Positions 19,201 to 28,340 of a stretch of DNA of 64,000 nt are shown one piece after another. The number at the start of each line of letters is the position of its first letter. Positions within the stretch are counted from its first letter, which is position 1. This DNA comes from a bacterium (GTDB taxonomy: Bacteria; Verrucomicrobiota; Verrucomicrobiia; Verrucomicrobiales; V1-33): contig JANOAS010000288.1 in the NCBI GenBank assembly GCA_031411255.1, positions 2,776 through 66,775 on the forward strand, written 5' to 3'. The notes beneath the pieces are model-generated. The model was given only the letters and a program-made list of their open reading frames with translations. It did no database searches and was not told the DNA's origin. The position numbers and the translations under genes are program-made.

Positions 19201-20622
19201 GCCCGGCTCCGTGCCGCGAATGCCTTGGCGGAAGCCGCCAGGGGCCGCAATGTTCGGCCGCAAGGCGACCTCGTAGGAATCGCTCCGCTGCTGGCTTCGC
19301 CGGACAGGGCGCTCCTCTCCGCCGCCATCCGTCTGGCGGGCGAATGGGGGCAGACGAACCTGGTTCCTCAGATTGCAGAGTTTGCGGGCAATGAAAAGGA
19401 CTCCGAACTGCGCTGGGATGCGCTCAACGCGCTGAAGAAAATTGGCCATCACCAGAGCGTCGATGCCTTGCGCAAGCTGGTCGCAGGCGACCGCCCGATC
19501 ACCATCCGGCGCGATGCGCTCCTGCCCTTTGCAGCGCATGCCCCGCAGGAGGCGATGAAAACACTGCCCTCAGTTCTGGCGCAAATCTCGGACCGCAAAG
19601 CAGCCCTCGGTCTGTGGCGCGAGCTTTTCCAGAACAAGGGGTTTGCCGACCTCTTCGCGAAGGACGTGCCAAAGGATCTGCCTGCCGATGCCTACGGAGT
19701 CGCGCTCGAAATCGCCAAGGGCATGGGAGGCCGGGGAAAACCGCTGGTGGATGTCCTCTCCCCCCTCGCAGGCGCCTCCACGGTCGCACGGGACTTCGCA
19801 GCTGAGATCGCCGGCATGGTCGAGGCCGTGAAAAAGGAATCTGATCCCGCAGACGGGGAACTCGTCTACCGCCGCACCGGCTGCTTTCTGTGCCACGCCA
19901 TCGGTGGCGTGGGCAGCAACTTCGGCCCGGATTTCTCCAGCATCGGGGCCAGCGCCCCGATGGACTACATCATCGAGAGCACCCTCAATCCCGCGGCCAA
20001 GGTCAAGGAAGGCTATCACGGCTTCTCTTTCACGCTGAAGGATGGCAGCGTCATGACGGGCATCCCGGTTCGTGAAACCGCCACGGAGATCATCATCCGC
20101 CCCGCCCCGGGCGTGGAGCTGCCTGTGCTCAAGGCGAACGTCGTGAAGAAGGAAAACATCGGCAGCCTCATGCCCATGGGCTTTGCGGACGGGCTGGATC
20201 CGAAATCGAAGCGCAACCTCTTTGCCTTTCTCAGCCAGATCGGCCGACCCGGTCCGTTCGATGCGAGCAAGGCCAATGTGGCCCGCATCTGGAAGTTCAC
20301 CGCCACCGCTCCCGACGCCGAGGAGCAGAAGGGAGAATTCAGCCTGGCCCCGACTCTGGTCAACGGCCAGCTCCCCACGCAGGGAATGCCGGAACAGCCC
20401 TACGCCTCGGCAAAGTTCAATGCCTCGGCTGCCACGAAACAACCGCTCATCCTGACAGGCGCCAAAGCCGCCTGGCTGGACGGCAAGCCTGTTGCCCTGA
20501 CCAACGGGCGCAGCGAGACTCCGATCCCCGCAGGACCGCACACACTCACCATCAGCCCGGACCGGAGCGTGCCGCACATCAAAGCCCAGTGCGATGACGT
20601 GACGTTCCTTGATGTCAAATGA
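16291..20622 (+). CDS. SGNH/GDSL-like domain plus PVC-type beta-propeller/HEAT/cytochrome c protein
   Basis: Start trimmed to MLKFIRF; LIGDAFIER, RNLGYSGD and DNGIH (SGNH-like); GFGTEDTHH; DWTNPIINHG; CFLCH; GPDFS; SLMP. Confidence 0.85.
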   Translation: MLKFIRFTALWALACSPVWAAERKLEIQEGDRVLLIGDAFIERENNYGYLESRMRQEFPGRNFAVRNLGYSGDSPLGASRASFDPVEKGTESLKEQLAVVKPTVAVLGYGMAASLDDLTYRKNDPVLNPDPARYGLDHSPEKFRKDLLALIDLIKKASPEGKVRFVFVGPVRHEDLRSTRPGLPDPAEHNALIAGYEKVIETLAAEQQSPFIRGEWKQSAGIDLAQATDNGIHLTPRGLQAMSQSFAAQLGWTGKAGAWDAETPAQKTLREAILRKNSLFFHRSRPANYTYIFGFRKGEQGRNAVEIPKFDPLVDKAEANVIGISAGKPSTLPPEPPSETKLPALPPLPRPEFTLDAGLEMTLFAENPLIEKPVGMNWDTSGRLWIASSNTYPQVNPDDLGALMEGNSSKYGPSTGNDRIILLEDTNRDGVADTSRIIADKLLIPAGVAPDNSGGCFVGASTELLHLSRPGADGLMSERRIVLSGFGTEDTHHIIHGLHWGIDGRLYFQQTIYIHSHIETPWGLVRANSGTAFAYDPNTERLEVHSKGLVNCWGQQEDAAGQTFLTSGADGNGITWAFPGAVLPPSEGARRTIDSISPGSYPKFCGLEIINSPLFGPEWQGSAITNDFRAHRIVRFTFNDFTTAGNPADRKSGYVTQTQADVTRTSNDAFRPIALAMGPDGGIYVADWTNPIINHGEVDFRDPRRDKQRGRIWRIAPKDSKPLAWEPVAGQPVDKLLARLLSTSRWEFEQARRELAKVPVPDLQKALATWVKDETTRRHAAWLLSGRTSDTAHLTAMLNPGATDSTSVQVALRELGKASGARGLTNVGTIAPWLAEDRDPRARLEAFRALARIRTFESADLVLKHLPKNAADNFLDFAAWTSVNELARPWLEEIAAHPEKITGREAQLDALTSIAAPLVTAPYMQRLFAGRTIDADGTGPWIELIGKSGGAAELTSLYTTFAREGALKPAARLRAANALAEAARGRNVRPQGDLVGIAPLLASPDRALLSAAIRLAGEWGQTNLVPQIAEFAGNEKDSELRWDALNALKKIGHHQSVDALRKLVAGDRPITIRRDALLPFAAHAPQEAMKTLPSVLAQISDRKAALGLWRELFQNKGFADLFAKDVPKDLPADAYGVALEIAKGMGGRGKPLVDVLSPLAGASTVARDFAAEIAGMVEAVKKESDPADGELVYRRTGCFLCHAIGGVGSNFGPDFSSIGASAPMDYIIESTLNPAAKVKEGYHGFSFTLKDGSVMTGIPVRETATEIIIRPAPGVELPVLKANVVKKENIGSLMPMGFADGLDPKSKRNLFAFLSQIGRPGPFDASKANVARIWKFTATAPDAEEQKGEFSLAPTLVNGQLPTQGMPEQPYASAKFNASAATKQPLILTGAKAAWLDGKPVALTNGRSETPIPAGPHTLTISPDRSVPHIKAQCDDVTFLDVK

Positions 20623-20631
20623 AGCGCTTGA

Positions 20632-20665
20632 GCCCCGGTTTGCCCGCTGCCGGGCAGGCCGGGGC
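20632..20665. terminator. GC-rich hairpin between convergent genes (possible bidirectional terminator)
   Basis: GCCCCGGTTTGCCCG-CTGC-CGGGCAGGCCGGGGC, a 15-bp stem with two G-U pairs; no clear U-tract. Confidence 0.45.
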
Positions 20666-20670
20666 ACCCG

Positions 20671-21963
20671 TCACTCCGCCGGCAGATCGTCCCACGATTT
20701 CAGGCCCGCGATGGGCAGGGCGAAGGCCGCTGCGGCCGGCCAGGCCGGGGTGCCGGCGGCTTGAAAAAGATCGTAGACCCGCTTTTTCTCACCCGGGGTG
20801 ACGATGGTGCCGGACTGGCGACGGCGCAGGCCCAAGTTGAGCCCGCCCTCCTGTTTGTGGTCCACCTGGCGGTGCCAGATGAAGGCATCCACGCCGGGAC
20901 AGCGCAGGCATTTTTCCCAGGCATAGGCGAAGGCGGCGGCCTGCAGCTCCTCGCCATCCGGCGTGGCCAGGGTGTGGAAGCCCTGCTCGGAGAGGATGAC
21001 TCGGCGGGGCTTGCCCTGCCAGAGCAGCTCCGGTCGCTTCATGTAGCGGCACTGGACTTCGAGGTTTTTGAAGGTGATGTGGGCCGCGCCGTCGTTCGCC
21101 GGAGCATCCTTGTCCAGCCAGGTTCGGGGATTTCCCAGATCGTCCGGATACGGGTGGGTGGCCACATGCCAGCCGAAGTCTCCACGCTCGCGGGCGATGC
21201 GGGCGAAGGTGTCGAGAAAGCCGCGGCCGGGGGTCGCCTCCTTGTCACTGATGCCCGGCATGGACGCCGTCCAGTGGTGGTCAAAGCTCAGGTAGATGCG
21301 GGAGTTCAGCGAGTGGCGGCGGATGGCATCGTGGCTGATGCGCACCGCAGCCTCGTAGTCCGACGCCACCTCCTCCAGCGTGGCCAGACCGCGATTGTAC
21401 CACATCCAGTGCGAGTTCGCCTCGTTGCCAACAATCCAGCCCCACGCCCGGCCGTGTTCCTTTGCTGAGTCGCCACTATAGCGTGCGGCCAGAAATTCCA
21501 TGACCGCGCGCAGTTTGGCCCGGCCCTTTTCCGTGACCGTGTTGAAGGCCGGGATGGTGTACTTGTGGTCCGGCAGCGCGGAGGGGTGAACCAGAAACTC
21601 ATCGATGGCTGGATTTCCCGTGCGGTAGGGCAGGAGGATGAGGTAGACGAGGATGCCCGCATCCGAGAGCGGCTTGATCTGGCGGTCGTAGCCGGCCACA
21701 GCCGCGGGGTTGAACCAGCACTCGCTACCGTCGGAGACCTGGAACTTCACCGCGCCCGGTCGGCCATCCGGGGCAAAAAGCGGCCCCAGGGAAATATTGA
21801 GCCCGGCATGGTGAATGCCCAGCGCCACGGCATCCTCCACCACCTGGACCTGGAGTCCTTTTTTGTCCGGAGGGGTGGGAAACGGCGCAGCATCGGGAGC
21901 CGCCAGCGCAGCCCCCGTCGCCACCACCAGCGCGGTCATCCCCAACAGGAAGTTTTTGATCAT
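20671..21963 (-). CDS. DUF5722 domain secreted protein (glycoside-hydrolase-like fold)
   Basis: Signal peptide; KKGLQ; WIVGNEAN; YLSFDHHW; HPYP; ILSEQGF. Confidence 0.78.
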   Translation of the reverse strand: MIKNFLLGMTALVVATGAALAAPDAAPFPTPPDKKGLQVQVVEDAVALGIHHAGLNISLGPLFAPDGRPGAVKFQVSDGSECWFNPAAVAGYDRQIKPLSDAGILVYLILLPYRTGNPAIDEFLVHPSALPDHKYTIPAFNTVTEKGRAKLRAVMEFLAARYSGDSAKEHGRAWGWIVGNEANSHWMWYNRGLATLEEVASDYEAAVRISHDAIRRHSLNSRIYLSFDHHWTASMPGISDKEATPGRGFLDTFARIARERGDFGWHVATHPYPDDLGNPRTWLDKDAPANDGAAHITFKNLEVQCRYMKRPELLWQGKPRRVILSEQGFHTLATPDGEELQAAAFAYAWEKCLRCPGVDAFIWHRQVDHKQEGGLNLGLRRRQSGTIVTPGEKKRVYDLFQAAGTPAWPAAAAFALPIAGLKSWDDLPAE

Positions 21964-22241
21964 AGCCGCAGTCCCTACCCGTCCCCAGCCCGGCTGGCAA
22001 CCCGGAGTTGCCCGGTTGTTTTGCCTGAAGCCGGGAGGTTAATCCCGGGCTTGAACCTGCTTTTTTGCCAGGTGCGCTGTGCAAAAAGCCGGGTGAGTTT
22101 GCAAACAGCCTGCCTGCCCCGCCTTGCAATAAAGCTCCCCGGCGACATCATCGCCAGCGGCCGGACTGGGCTCGGCGTTGGCACCCGCCATATTGACGAA
22201 AATTCATTGACCACCCCCGCCTGCCTCCACAGGGTGCGGGC

Positions 22242-24302
22242 ATGAAATCAATCTGGACGAAGGCATTTTCCCTGGTGCTGGCGCTGGCCACCGCGAGCGC
22301 GGCGGACGAGGTGGCCAGCGACGTGGTCATTTACGGCGCCACCTCCGGCGGCGTCACGGCGGCGGTACAGGTGGCACGCATGGGGCGCAGTGTGGTCCTG
22401 GTGGAGCCAGGGCATCACGTGGGCGGGCTCACCTCCGGCGGGCTGGGGATGACTGACGCGGGGAACAAGGAGGTCATCGGCGGGCTGTCGCGGGAATTTT
22501 ACCAGCGCATCCGGAAGCACTACGCCCAGGACTCTGCGTGGAAATGGGAGAAGCGCGAGGGCTACACCCACATCGGTGAAACACCGGACGCCCTCTGGCG
22601 CTTCGAGCCGCGCGTGGCGGAGGCCATTTACCGCCAGATGCTGGCCGAGGCGAAGGTCACCCTCGTCGAGGGCGAGCGGCTGGACCTCAAGAACGGTGTG
22701 GTGAAGGAGGGCACGGAGCTGAAAGCGATCAAAATGGAAAGTGGCAAAACCTTTCGCGGCAGGCGGTTCATCGACGCCAGCTACGAGGGCGACCTGATGG
22801 CAAAGGCTGGCGTGAGCTACCACGTGGGCCGCGAGGCCAACTCCGTCTACGGAGAGACGATCAACGGCGTGCAGGTCAAGAACGCGACGAAGCACCAGTT
22901 CGTCCACGACGTGGATCCCTACGTGAAACCCGGAGACCCGAAGAGCGGCCTCCTGCCGGGTGTCCAGTCCGGCCCGCCCGGCGAGGACGGGACCGGAGAC
23001 AGGCGCATCCAGGCGTACAACTACCGCATGTGCCTGACCGATGTGCCGGGAAATCAGGCCCCGTTCCCCAAACCCGCCGGCTATGAGCCGCTTCGGTATG
23101 AACTCATGCTCCGCTACCTCCAGGCCGGGTGGCGGAAGATCTGGGGAAACCACCAGATGATGCCCAACCGGAAGACCGACACGAACAACGACGGCGCCTT
23201 CAGCACGGACAACATCGGCATGAACTACGACTACCCGGAGGGCGACTACGCCTTGCGCGACCTCATCCTCGCCGAGCACGTCACCTACCAGCAGGGGCTC
23301 ATGTATTTCCTGGCCAATGATCCGCGCGTCCCGGACGAAGTGCGCAAGGACGTGGCGCGCTGGGGCTTGGCGAAGGATGAATTCACCGGCACGGGAAACT
23401 GGCCCCACCAAATTTATGTCCGCGAGGCCCGCCGCATGATCAGCGACTACGTCCACGCCGAGGCCGACTGCCGCCGCACCCGCCCCACCCCCGAGCCCGT
23501 CGGCATGGGCTCCTACAACATGGACAGCCACAACACCCAGCGCTACGTGGATGCCGGCGGCCACGCCCGCAACGAAGGCGACGTCCAGGTCAGCCCCGGC
23601 GGCCCCTACCCCGTTTCCTGGCGCTCGCTCAGACCGCGTGCGGAGGAGTGCACGAACCTCCTCGTCCCCGTCTGCCTCAGCTGCTCCCACATCGCCTACG
23701 GCTCCGTGCGCATGGAGCCGGTCTTCATGATCCTCGGCCAGTCCGCCGCCACCGCCGCCTGCCTTTCCCTCGACGCCGGCTGCACGGTCCAGGCCGTGGA
23801 CTACGAGAAACTCAAAGCCCGCCTCCTGGCCGATGGGCAGGTGCTGGAGTTCAAGGGGAAAACCGCCGCCACGAAGGGCGGGGTCGATCCCAAATCACTC
23901 CCCGGCATCATCCTCGACGACGCCACCGCCGAGTTCAGCGATGGCTGGGGCGAGAGCCACGCCACTCCGGGATACGTCGGCGCCGGCTATCACCACAATG
24001 GTGACGCAGGCGGCAGGGCCACCTTCCGCTGGACCCCGGACGCCGACGGCGTCGTCACCGTGGGCCTCACCTGGACCGCCCTGCCGAACCGGGCGAAAAA
24101 CGTGGCCGTCAACGTCGCCGCAGCAGGCGAACCGCTCGTCCTCAGCCTCGACCAGTCCCGCGCACCCACCGGAGGCCTGTTTCAAAAGCTGGGCACCGTC
24201 AAGGCCGTGAAAGGCCAGCCCCTGACCGTTTCCCTCTCCGCTCCCGCCGGCGCCGGCCATGTCATCGCGGATGCGGTGCAGATTTTGCCGGTGAGGCCGT
24301 GA
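22242..24302 (+). CDS. Secreted FAD-dependent oxidoreductase with xanthan-lyase/golvesin-like C-terminal domain
   Basis: VVIYGATSGG; IDASYEGDL; YVREARRM; SHIAYGSVRMEP; C-terminal VIADAVQ. Confidence 0.88.
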   Translation: MKSIWTKAFSLVLALATASAADEVASDVVIYGATSGGVTAAVQVARMGRSVVLVEPGHHVGGLTSGGLGMTDAGNKEVIGGLSREFYQRIRKHYAQDSAWKWEKREGYTHIGETPDALWRFEPRVAEAIYRQMLAEAKVTLVEGERLDLKNGVVKEGTELKAIKMESGKTFRGRRFIDASYEGDLMAKAGVSYHVGREANSVYGETINGVQVKNATKHQFVHDVDPYVKPGDPKSGLLPGVQSGPPGEDGTGDRRIQAYNYRMCLTDVPGNQAPFPKPAGYEPLRYELMLRYLQAGWRKIWGNHQMMPNRKTDTNNDGAFSTDNIGMNYDYPEGDYALRDLILAEHVTYQQGLMYFLANDPRVPDEVRKDVARWGLAKDEFTGTGNWPHQIYVREARRMISDYVHAEADCRRTRPTPEPVGMGSYNMDSHNTQRYVDAGGHARNEGDVQVSPGGPYPVSWRSLRPRAEECTNLLVPVCLSCSHIAYGSVRMEPVFMILGQSAATAACLSLDAGCTVQAVDYEKLKARLLADGQVLEFKGKTAATKGGVDPKSLPGIILDDATAEFSDGWGESHATPGYVGAGYHHNGDAGGRATFRWTPDADGVVTVGLTWTALPNRAKNVAVNVAAAGEPLVLSLDQSRAPTGGLFQKLGTVKAVKGQPLTVSLSAPAGAGHVIADAVQILPVRP

Positions 24303-24383
24303 ATCAAACACGAGTTCGAACCACGAGTTTCGGTGCGTGCAAAATACACTCGACATCCCATCCGCCACGCGGATATTTCCCGC

Positions 24384-24641
24384 ATGCCTCAAACCCTGAC
24401 CATAGAAGTCCCTGACGCCTTCGTCGAAGCCTGGCGCAAGCTCCAGCCGGCCCAGCAATCTGCCGTCGTAGACTTCACAAGCCGTCTGGCCGCGGAGGAG
24501 GAAGTCCGGCTGTCTGAGGAGGACGAGTCAGGCTGGGACCAGCGCTTTTCGGATCCGGAAAAAAGTGCCCGCTTCCTCGAATGGGGCAGGCAGGCCCTGG
24601 CCGGCCCCGGGGATGAACCGCTGGATCTGAAGCGTCTGTGA
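24384..24641 (+). CDS. Putative type II antitoxin
   Basis: Small acidic protein MPQTLTIEVPD...WDQRFSD...EPLDLKRL; its stop overlaps the toxin GTG start. Confidence 0.7.
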   Translation: MPQTLTIEVPDAFVEAWRKLQPAQQSAVVDFTSRLAAEEEVRLSEEDESGWDQRFSDPEKSARFLEWGRQALAGPGDEPLDLKRL

Positions 24642-24904
24642 CCTCGCTGACCCGGCCATCCTTCTGGCGGCTCTACGATGAGCTGCCGGAGGACGTGCGA
24701 GCCCAGGCACGCTCCGCCTACGCCGTTTTTTCACAAAATCCATTTCACGCAGGCCTCCAGTTTAAAAAACTCGCCGGTTGCCCTGGCTGGTGGTCCGTTC
24801 GTATTGGTCTCCATTACAGGGCTGTCGGGGCACGGGAAGGCGACACCATCCGCTGGTTTTGGATCGGCTCCCACGCGACCTACGACAAACTCGTCGGGGG
24901 CTGA
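24638..24904 (+). CDS. RelE/ParE-superfamily toxin
   Basis: FWRLYDELP...NPFHAGLQFKKL...WSVRIGLHYRAVG...WFWIGSHATYD. Confidence 0.85.
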   Translation: MTSLTRPSFWRLYDELPEDVRAQARSAYAVFSQNPFHAGLQFKKLAGCPGWWSVRIGLHYRAVGAREGDTIRWFWIGSHATYDKLVGG

Positions 24905-25000
24905 TTCCCCAAATTTCCTTCGCCCCCGCAGGGAAAATCCCCCCCGCCGTTAATTTGGTGGCGGAACCCTCTGAAGACCGCTACTCTGCCGACACCACGC

Positions 25001-25525
25001 ATGTATTCGGAGCATGACATCCATTACGCCCTGGAGACGACGCAGATCCTGCATGAGCCGGACCGGCGCATCGACACCTTTGGGTCGACCCAGTTTGAGT
25101 TTCACCTCATCAGCGAGCTGATGGACGAGGTGGACCAGGTGCGCGTGCGCACGGGAAAAATTCAGGCCGAGCGCCCCCTGATCCTCAAGCCGGAGCCGAT
25201 GACTGACTTTGACTTCGAGGGCTTCAGCGACCAGGCCAAAGCCTTCGGGCAGTGGCTCAAGCAGCAGGCCGGGGCCATCCGGCTGCTACAGTATGGGTTC
25301 AATTTCAAAAAATCCGACGTCACCGAGCACCTCATCCACGACCCGCTCTCCGTCGTCACTGACCGTGTGCTGACCGAGGCGAAGGCCTCCAACAACCCGC
25401 TGAGCGCCGTCATCATGGGCGTGGATGACACGTGGGAGATCAGCCTTCTGAAATTCACCGTGGACATGATCCAAAAATCACACGGGATCAACATGTTTGA
25501 CTTCAAGCGGAGGGGGCTCCTCTAG
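25001..25525 (+). CDS. Conserved hypothetical cytoplasmic protein
   Basis: Host-like codon usage; 174 aa; no recognised motif. Confidence 0.7.
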   Translation: MYSEHDIHYALETTQILHEPDRRIDTFGSTQFEFHLISELMDEVDQVRVRTGKIQAERPLILKPEPMTDFDFEGFSDQAKAFGQWLKQQAGAIRLLQYGFNFKKSDVTEHLIHDPLSVVTDRVLTEAKASNNPLSAVIMGVDDTWEISLLKFTVDMIQKSHGINMFDFKRRGLL

Positions 25526-25558
25526 CCTCCGCGGAACCAGCCGGGACTGCTGCCAGGA

Positions 25559-26491
25559 ATGCGCTTCAAGATCATCGTTTTTCTCCTCGCCACGGCATTT
25601 CTGGCCGTCTGCTTTCTGGGTGCCTACTACTACTACGAGAAGGACATGCAGCCGGAGGCGAAGGTGAACGCCGAGCTGAAGCAGAAGGAAAAACAGGCCA
25701 AAAAGGGCGGCGGCCCTGACCCCGGCATCAGCATTTTTAACAAGGCCGTGGACCTCCTGCGGGAGAAGGAAACCGACGCCGCTGTGCGCAAGCTGGAGGA
25801 CATCATCCAGATCTACAGGGACTCCTCCCGCTACCACGACGCCCGCCGGATGCTCGGTGAAATCAACATGGACCGCCTCTTTTCCCGCACGCCCATGCCG
25901 GGGAAATACGAGTACACCGTCAAGCCCAACGACAGCCTCGGCCCCATCATCAAAAACACGGGCACGACCATGGAGTTCCTCATCAGGATGAACAACCTGA
26001 ACGGGACCGTCCTCCACCCGGGCGACAGGCTCGTCTTTCAGTCGCTGAATTTTGACATCGATGTCGACTTCAGCCTGAAAATCCTCTCCCTCCACTACAA
26101 GCCGGATCCGGCAAAAGAAGCCCGCATTTTTTTCAAGGACTACGCCATCAAGCTCGTGAACCTCCCTCCCGGCACCCTGCCCGGAGGGACAAAGCCGTAC
26201 TCCATCGCCACCAGCATCGCCACGAAGACCGCCGTGCTCGGGGAAAAATCCATCAAACCCACGGACGGCGATTTCCCCATGGCCCGCAAGTGGCTGCAAA
26301 CGAAACCGGCAAACGGACGCCCCGGCATCCTCTTTCGCCCGCTGAGCGACCACGAGGAACGGGCCGCCGAATCCAAGAAGCAGGCCGACGGCGAGGACCT
26401 CGTCTACGGCATTTTCCTCGACGATGGCGACATGGAGGAGCTGAGCATGGTCACCCGCCTGCTCACCCCGGTGGTCTTTCATCGGTCTTGA
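25559..26491 (+). CDS. Membrane-anchored LysM protein with a degenerate L,D-transpeptidase-like C-terminus
   Basis: N-terminal TM; TPR-like helices; YTVKPNDSLG...MNNL...LHPGDRL LysM motif. Confidence 0.75.
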   Translation: MRFKIIVFLLATAFLAVCFLGAYYYYEKDMQPEAKVNAELKQKEKQAKKGGGPDPGISIFNKAVDLLREKETDAAVRKLEDIIQIYRDSSRYHDARRMLGEINMDRLFSRTPMPGKYEYTVKPNDSLGPIIKNTGTTMEFLIRMNNLNGTVLHPGDRLVFQSLNFDIDVDFSLKILSLHYKPDPAKEARIFFKDYAIKLVNLPPGTLPGGTKPYSIATSIATKTAVLGEKSIKPTDGDFPMARKWLQTKPANGRPGILFRPLSDHEERAAESKKQADGEDLVYGIFLDDGDMEELSMVTRLLTPVVFHRS

Positions 26492-26553
26492 TCCCCGGCC
26501 CCAACCCTGCCAGGCTGCCAACTTCCCGACCACCCCATTTTTCTGACCCAAGC

Positions 26554-27519
26554 ATGAAGCCCCAACCACTCGAATTTGAAAAGCCCATCGTCGAACTGCA
26601 AACGCAGCTCGAAGAACTGCTGCGCCAGAGCGGAGCGCAGGACCTTGACGTGAAAAAGGAAGTGGACCGCATCCAGGCCAAGATCGAGCTGCAGAAGGAG
26701 GAGATTTACAAAAACCTGACCGCCTGGCAGCGCGTGCAGATCGCCCGCCACACGGCGCGTCCCTACATGCTGGATTACATTGAGCAGTGCTTCACGGACT
26801 TCGTTGAGCTTCACGGGGACCGCCACATCGGCGACGACAACGCCATGCCCGGCGGCTTCGCCACCATCGATGGGCGCAAGTGCGTCGTCATCGGCCACCA
26901 GAAGGGGCGCGACACCAAGGAAAATCTCCTCCGGAATTTCGGCTCCGCCCATCCTGAGGGCTACCGCAAGGCTCTCCGCCTCATGCAAATGGCGGACAAG
27001 TTTTCCCTGCCCATCGTTTGCATGATCGACACCCCGGGCGCCTACCCCGGCATCGGTGCCGAGGAGCGGAACATCGCGGAGGCCATCGCCTTCAACCTGC
27101 GGGAAATGATGCGGCTCAAGGTCCCCGTCGTGGCCGTAGTCCTCGGCGAGGGCGGCTCCGGCGGAGCGCTCGGCATCGGCGTGGCGAACCGCGTCCTGAT
27201 GATGGAAAACTCCTACTACTCGGTCATTTCCCCGGAGGGCTGCGCGGCCATCCTGTGGAAGCACCGCCAGCACGCCCCGGAGGCTGCGGAGGCCATGAAG
27301 CTCACCGCCATCGACCTTCTCGGCTTTGGCATCGTGGACGAGGTCGTGCCCGAGCCCGTCGGCGGCGCCCACCACGACCCGGCCGCCGCAGCCGCCAGCC
27401 TGAAGGCCGCACTCATCAGCAATCTGGACGCCCTGGCCCCCCTCAGCGCCCGGCAGCTTCTGGACGACCGCTACGCGAAATTCAGAAAATTCGGCGCCCT
27501 GCACGACCCGGCGGCGTAA
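26554..27519 (+). CDS. accA: Acetyl-CoA carboxylase carboxyltransferase subunit alpha
   Basis: LEFEKPI; ELHGDR; PEGYRKA; IDTPGAYPG; GEGGSGGAL; YSVISPEGCA. Confidence 0.97.
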   Translation: MKPQPLEFEKPIVELQTQLEELLRQSGAQDLDVKKEVDRIQAKIELQKEEIYKNLTAWQRVQIARHTARPYMLDYIEQCFTDFVELHGDRHIGDDNAMPGGFATIDGRKCVVIGHQKGRDTKENLLRNFGSAHPEGYRKALRLMQMADKFSLPIVCMIDTPGAYPGIGAEERNIAEAIAFNLREMMRLKVPVVAVVLGEGGSGGALGIGVANRVLMMENSYYSVISPEGCAAILWKHRQHAPEAAEAMKLTAIDLLGFGIVDEVVPEPVGGAHHDPAAAAASLKAALISNLDALAPLSARQLLDDRYAKFRKFGALHDPAA

Positions 27520-27568
27520 TCCCAGCACCGGCCGCCCAGCGGTCAGGATGCCCCGCCGCCATTTCCGG

Positions 27569-28276
27569 ATGAACTCTCGCAATCTCCTTCGTCTCTTCCT
27601 CCTGGGTCTCCCCGCCGGGCTGGCCGTCTGTGTCGTGGTCGGGCTCTGGGTTTACTACCACACCCCCACCCGCACGCGGAACGCCTCCAAGCCCATCCCC
27701 GCCTCCATGCTGCGCAAGCCGCTCTCCGAGGCCGACCTCCAGTCCACCCTGCGCATCCTCTCCACCGACCTCGCCCAGCGTGCTGATGGCGACCAGAAGG
27801 AGCTGACCCGCGCCTCGAATTTCCTCACCTCCTCCCTCGGCCCGCAGAACATGGGCTACGTCGTGGAAAAACGCGGCCGCAATGTGGGTGGCATCAACCG
27901 CTACGACCTCATCACCGAAGTCGCCGGCTCCTCATCAGGAACGGTCTCCCTGACCACCTCTTGGCTGTCCCGCCACGACACCGCACTCTCCGTCATGCTC
28001 GGCCTGGCAGGCAGCTTCACCGGCCATCCACAGGGAAAAACCGTCCGCTTCACCTTCCTCGCCACCGGGGCCACTCCCGCCCTGGGCGACATCCTCCTCG
28101 GTGAAAAAGGCTGGCACGACGGTCCCCCGCCTGGTGCTTTCCATCCCTGGCCCGCCCCCGGCCAGCCCCTGCTCCCCGCAGCGGAGGAGCTGGAAAAGCT
28201 TGTCCGCGAAAGAGCGGCAAAGAAACCCCAGCGTCACTGCACCGCCGTCCGGCACGTTCCTCCAATTTCAACGTAA
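27569..28276 (+). CDS. Membrane-anchored hypothetical protein with a degenerate M28 peptidase-like segment
   Basis: N-terminal TM; DLITEVAG...KTVRFTFL resembles the M28 scaffold but metal ligands are missing. Confidence 0.5.
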   Translation: MNSRNLLRLFLLGLPAGLAVCVVVGLWVYYHTPTRTRNASKPIPASMLRKPLSEADLQSTLRILSTDLAQRADGDQKELTRASNFLTSSLGPQNMGYVVEKRGRNVGGINRYDLITEVAGSSSGTVSLTTSWLSRHDTALSVMLGLAGSFTGHPQGKTVRFTFLATGATPALGDILLGEKGWHDGPPPGAFHPWPAPGQPLLPAAEELEKLVRERAAKKPQRHCTAVRHVPPIST

Positions 28277-28304
28277 AAAAACTTGCCCATTTCCGTTCGT
28301 TTGA

Positions 28305-28323
28305 TACCTTTCATTGCAAGATA
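28305..28323. promoter_or_regulatory. Putative PadR operator (imperfect palindrome) overlapping a possible -10 box
   Basis: TACCTTTCATTGCAAGATA matches its reverse complement at 14/19 positions; TTGCCC lies at 28283; immediately upstream of padR. Confidence 0.5.
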
Positions 28324-28340
28324 CCTTTTCTCCCGCTCAA

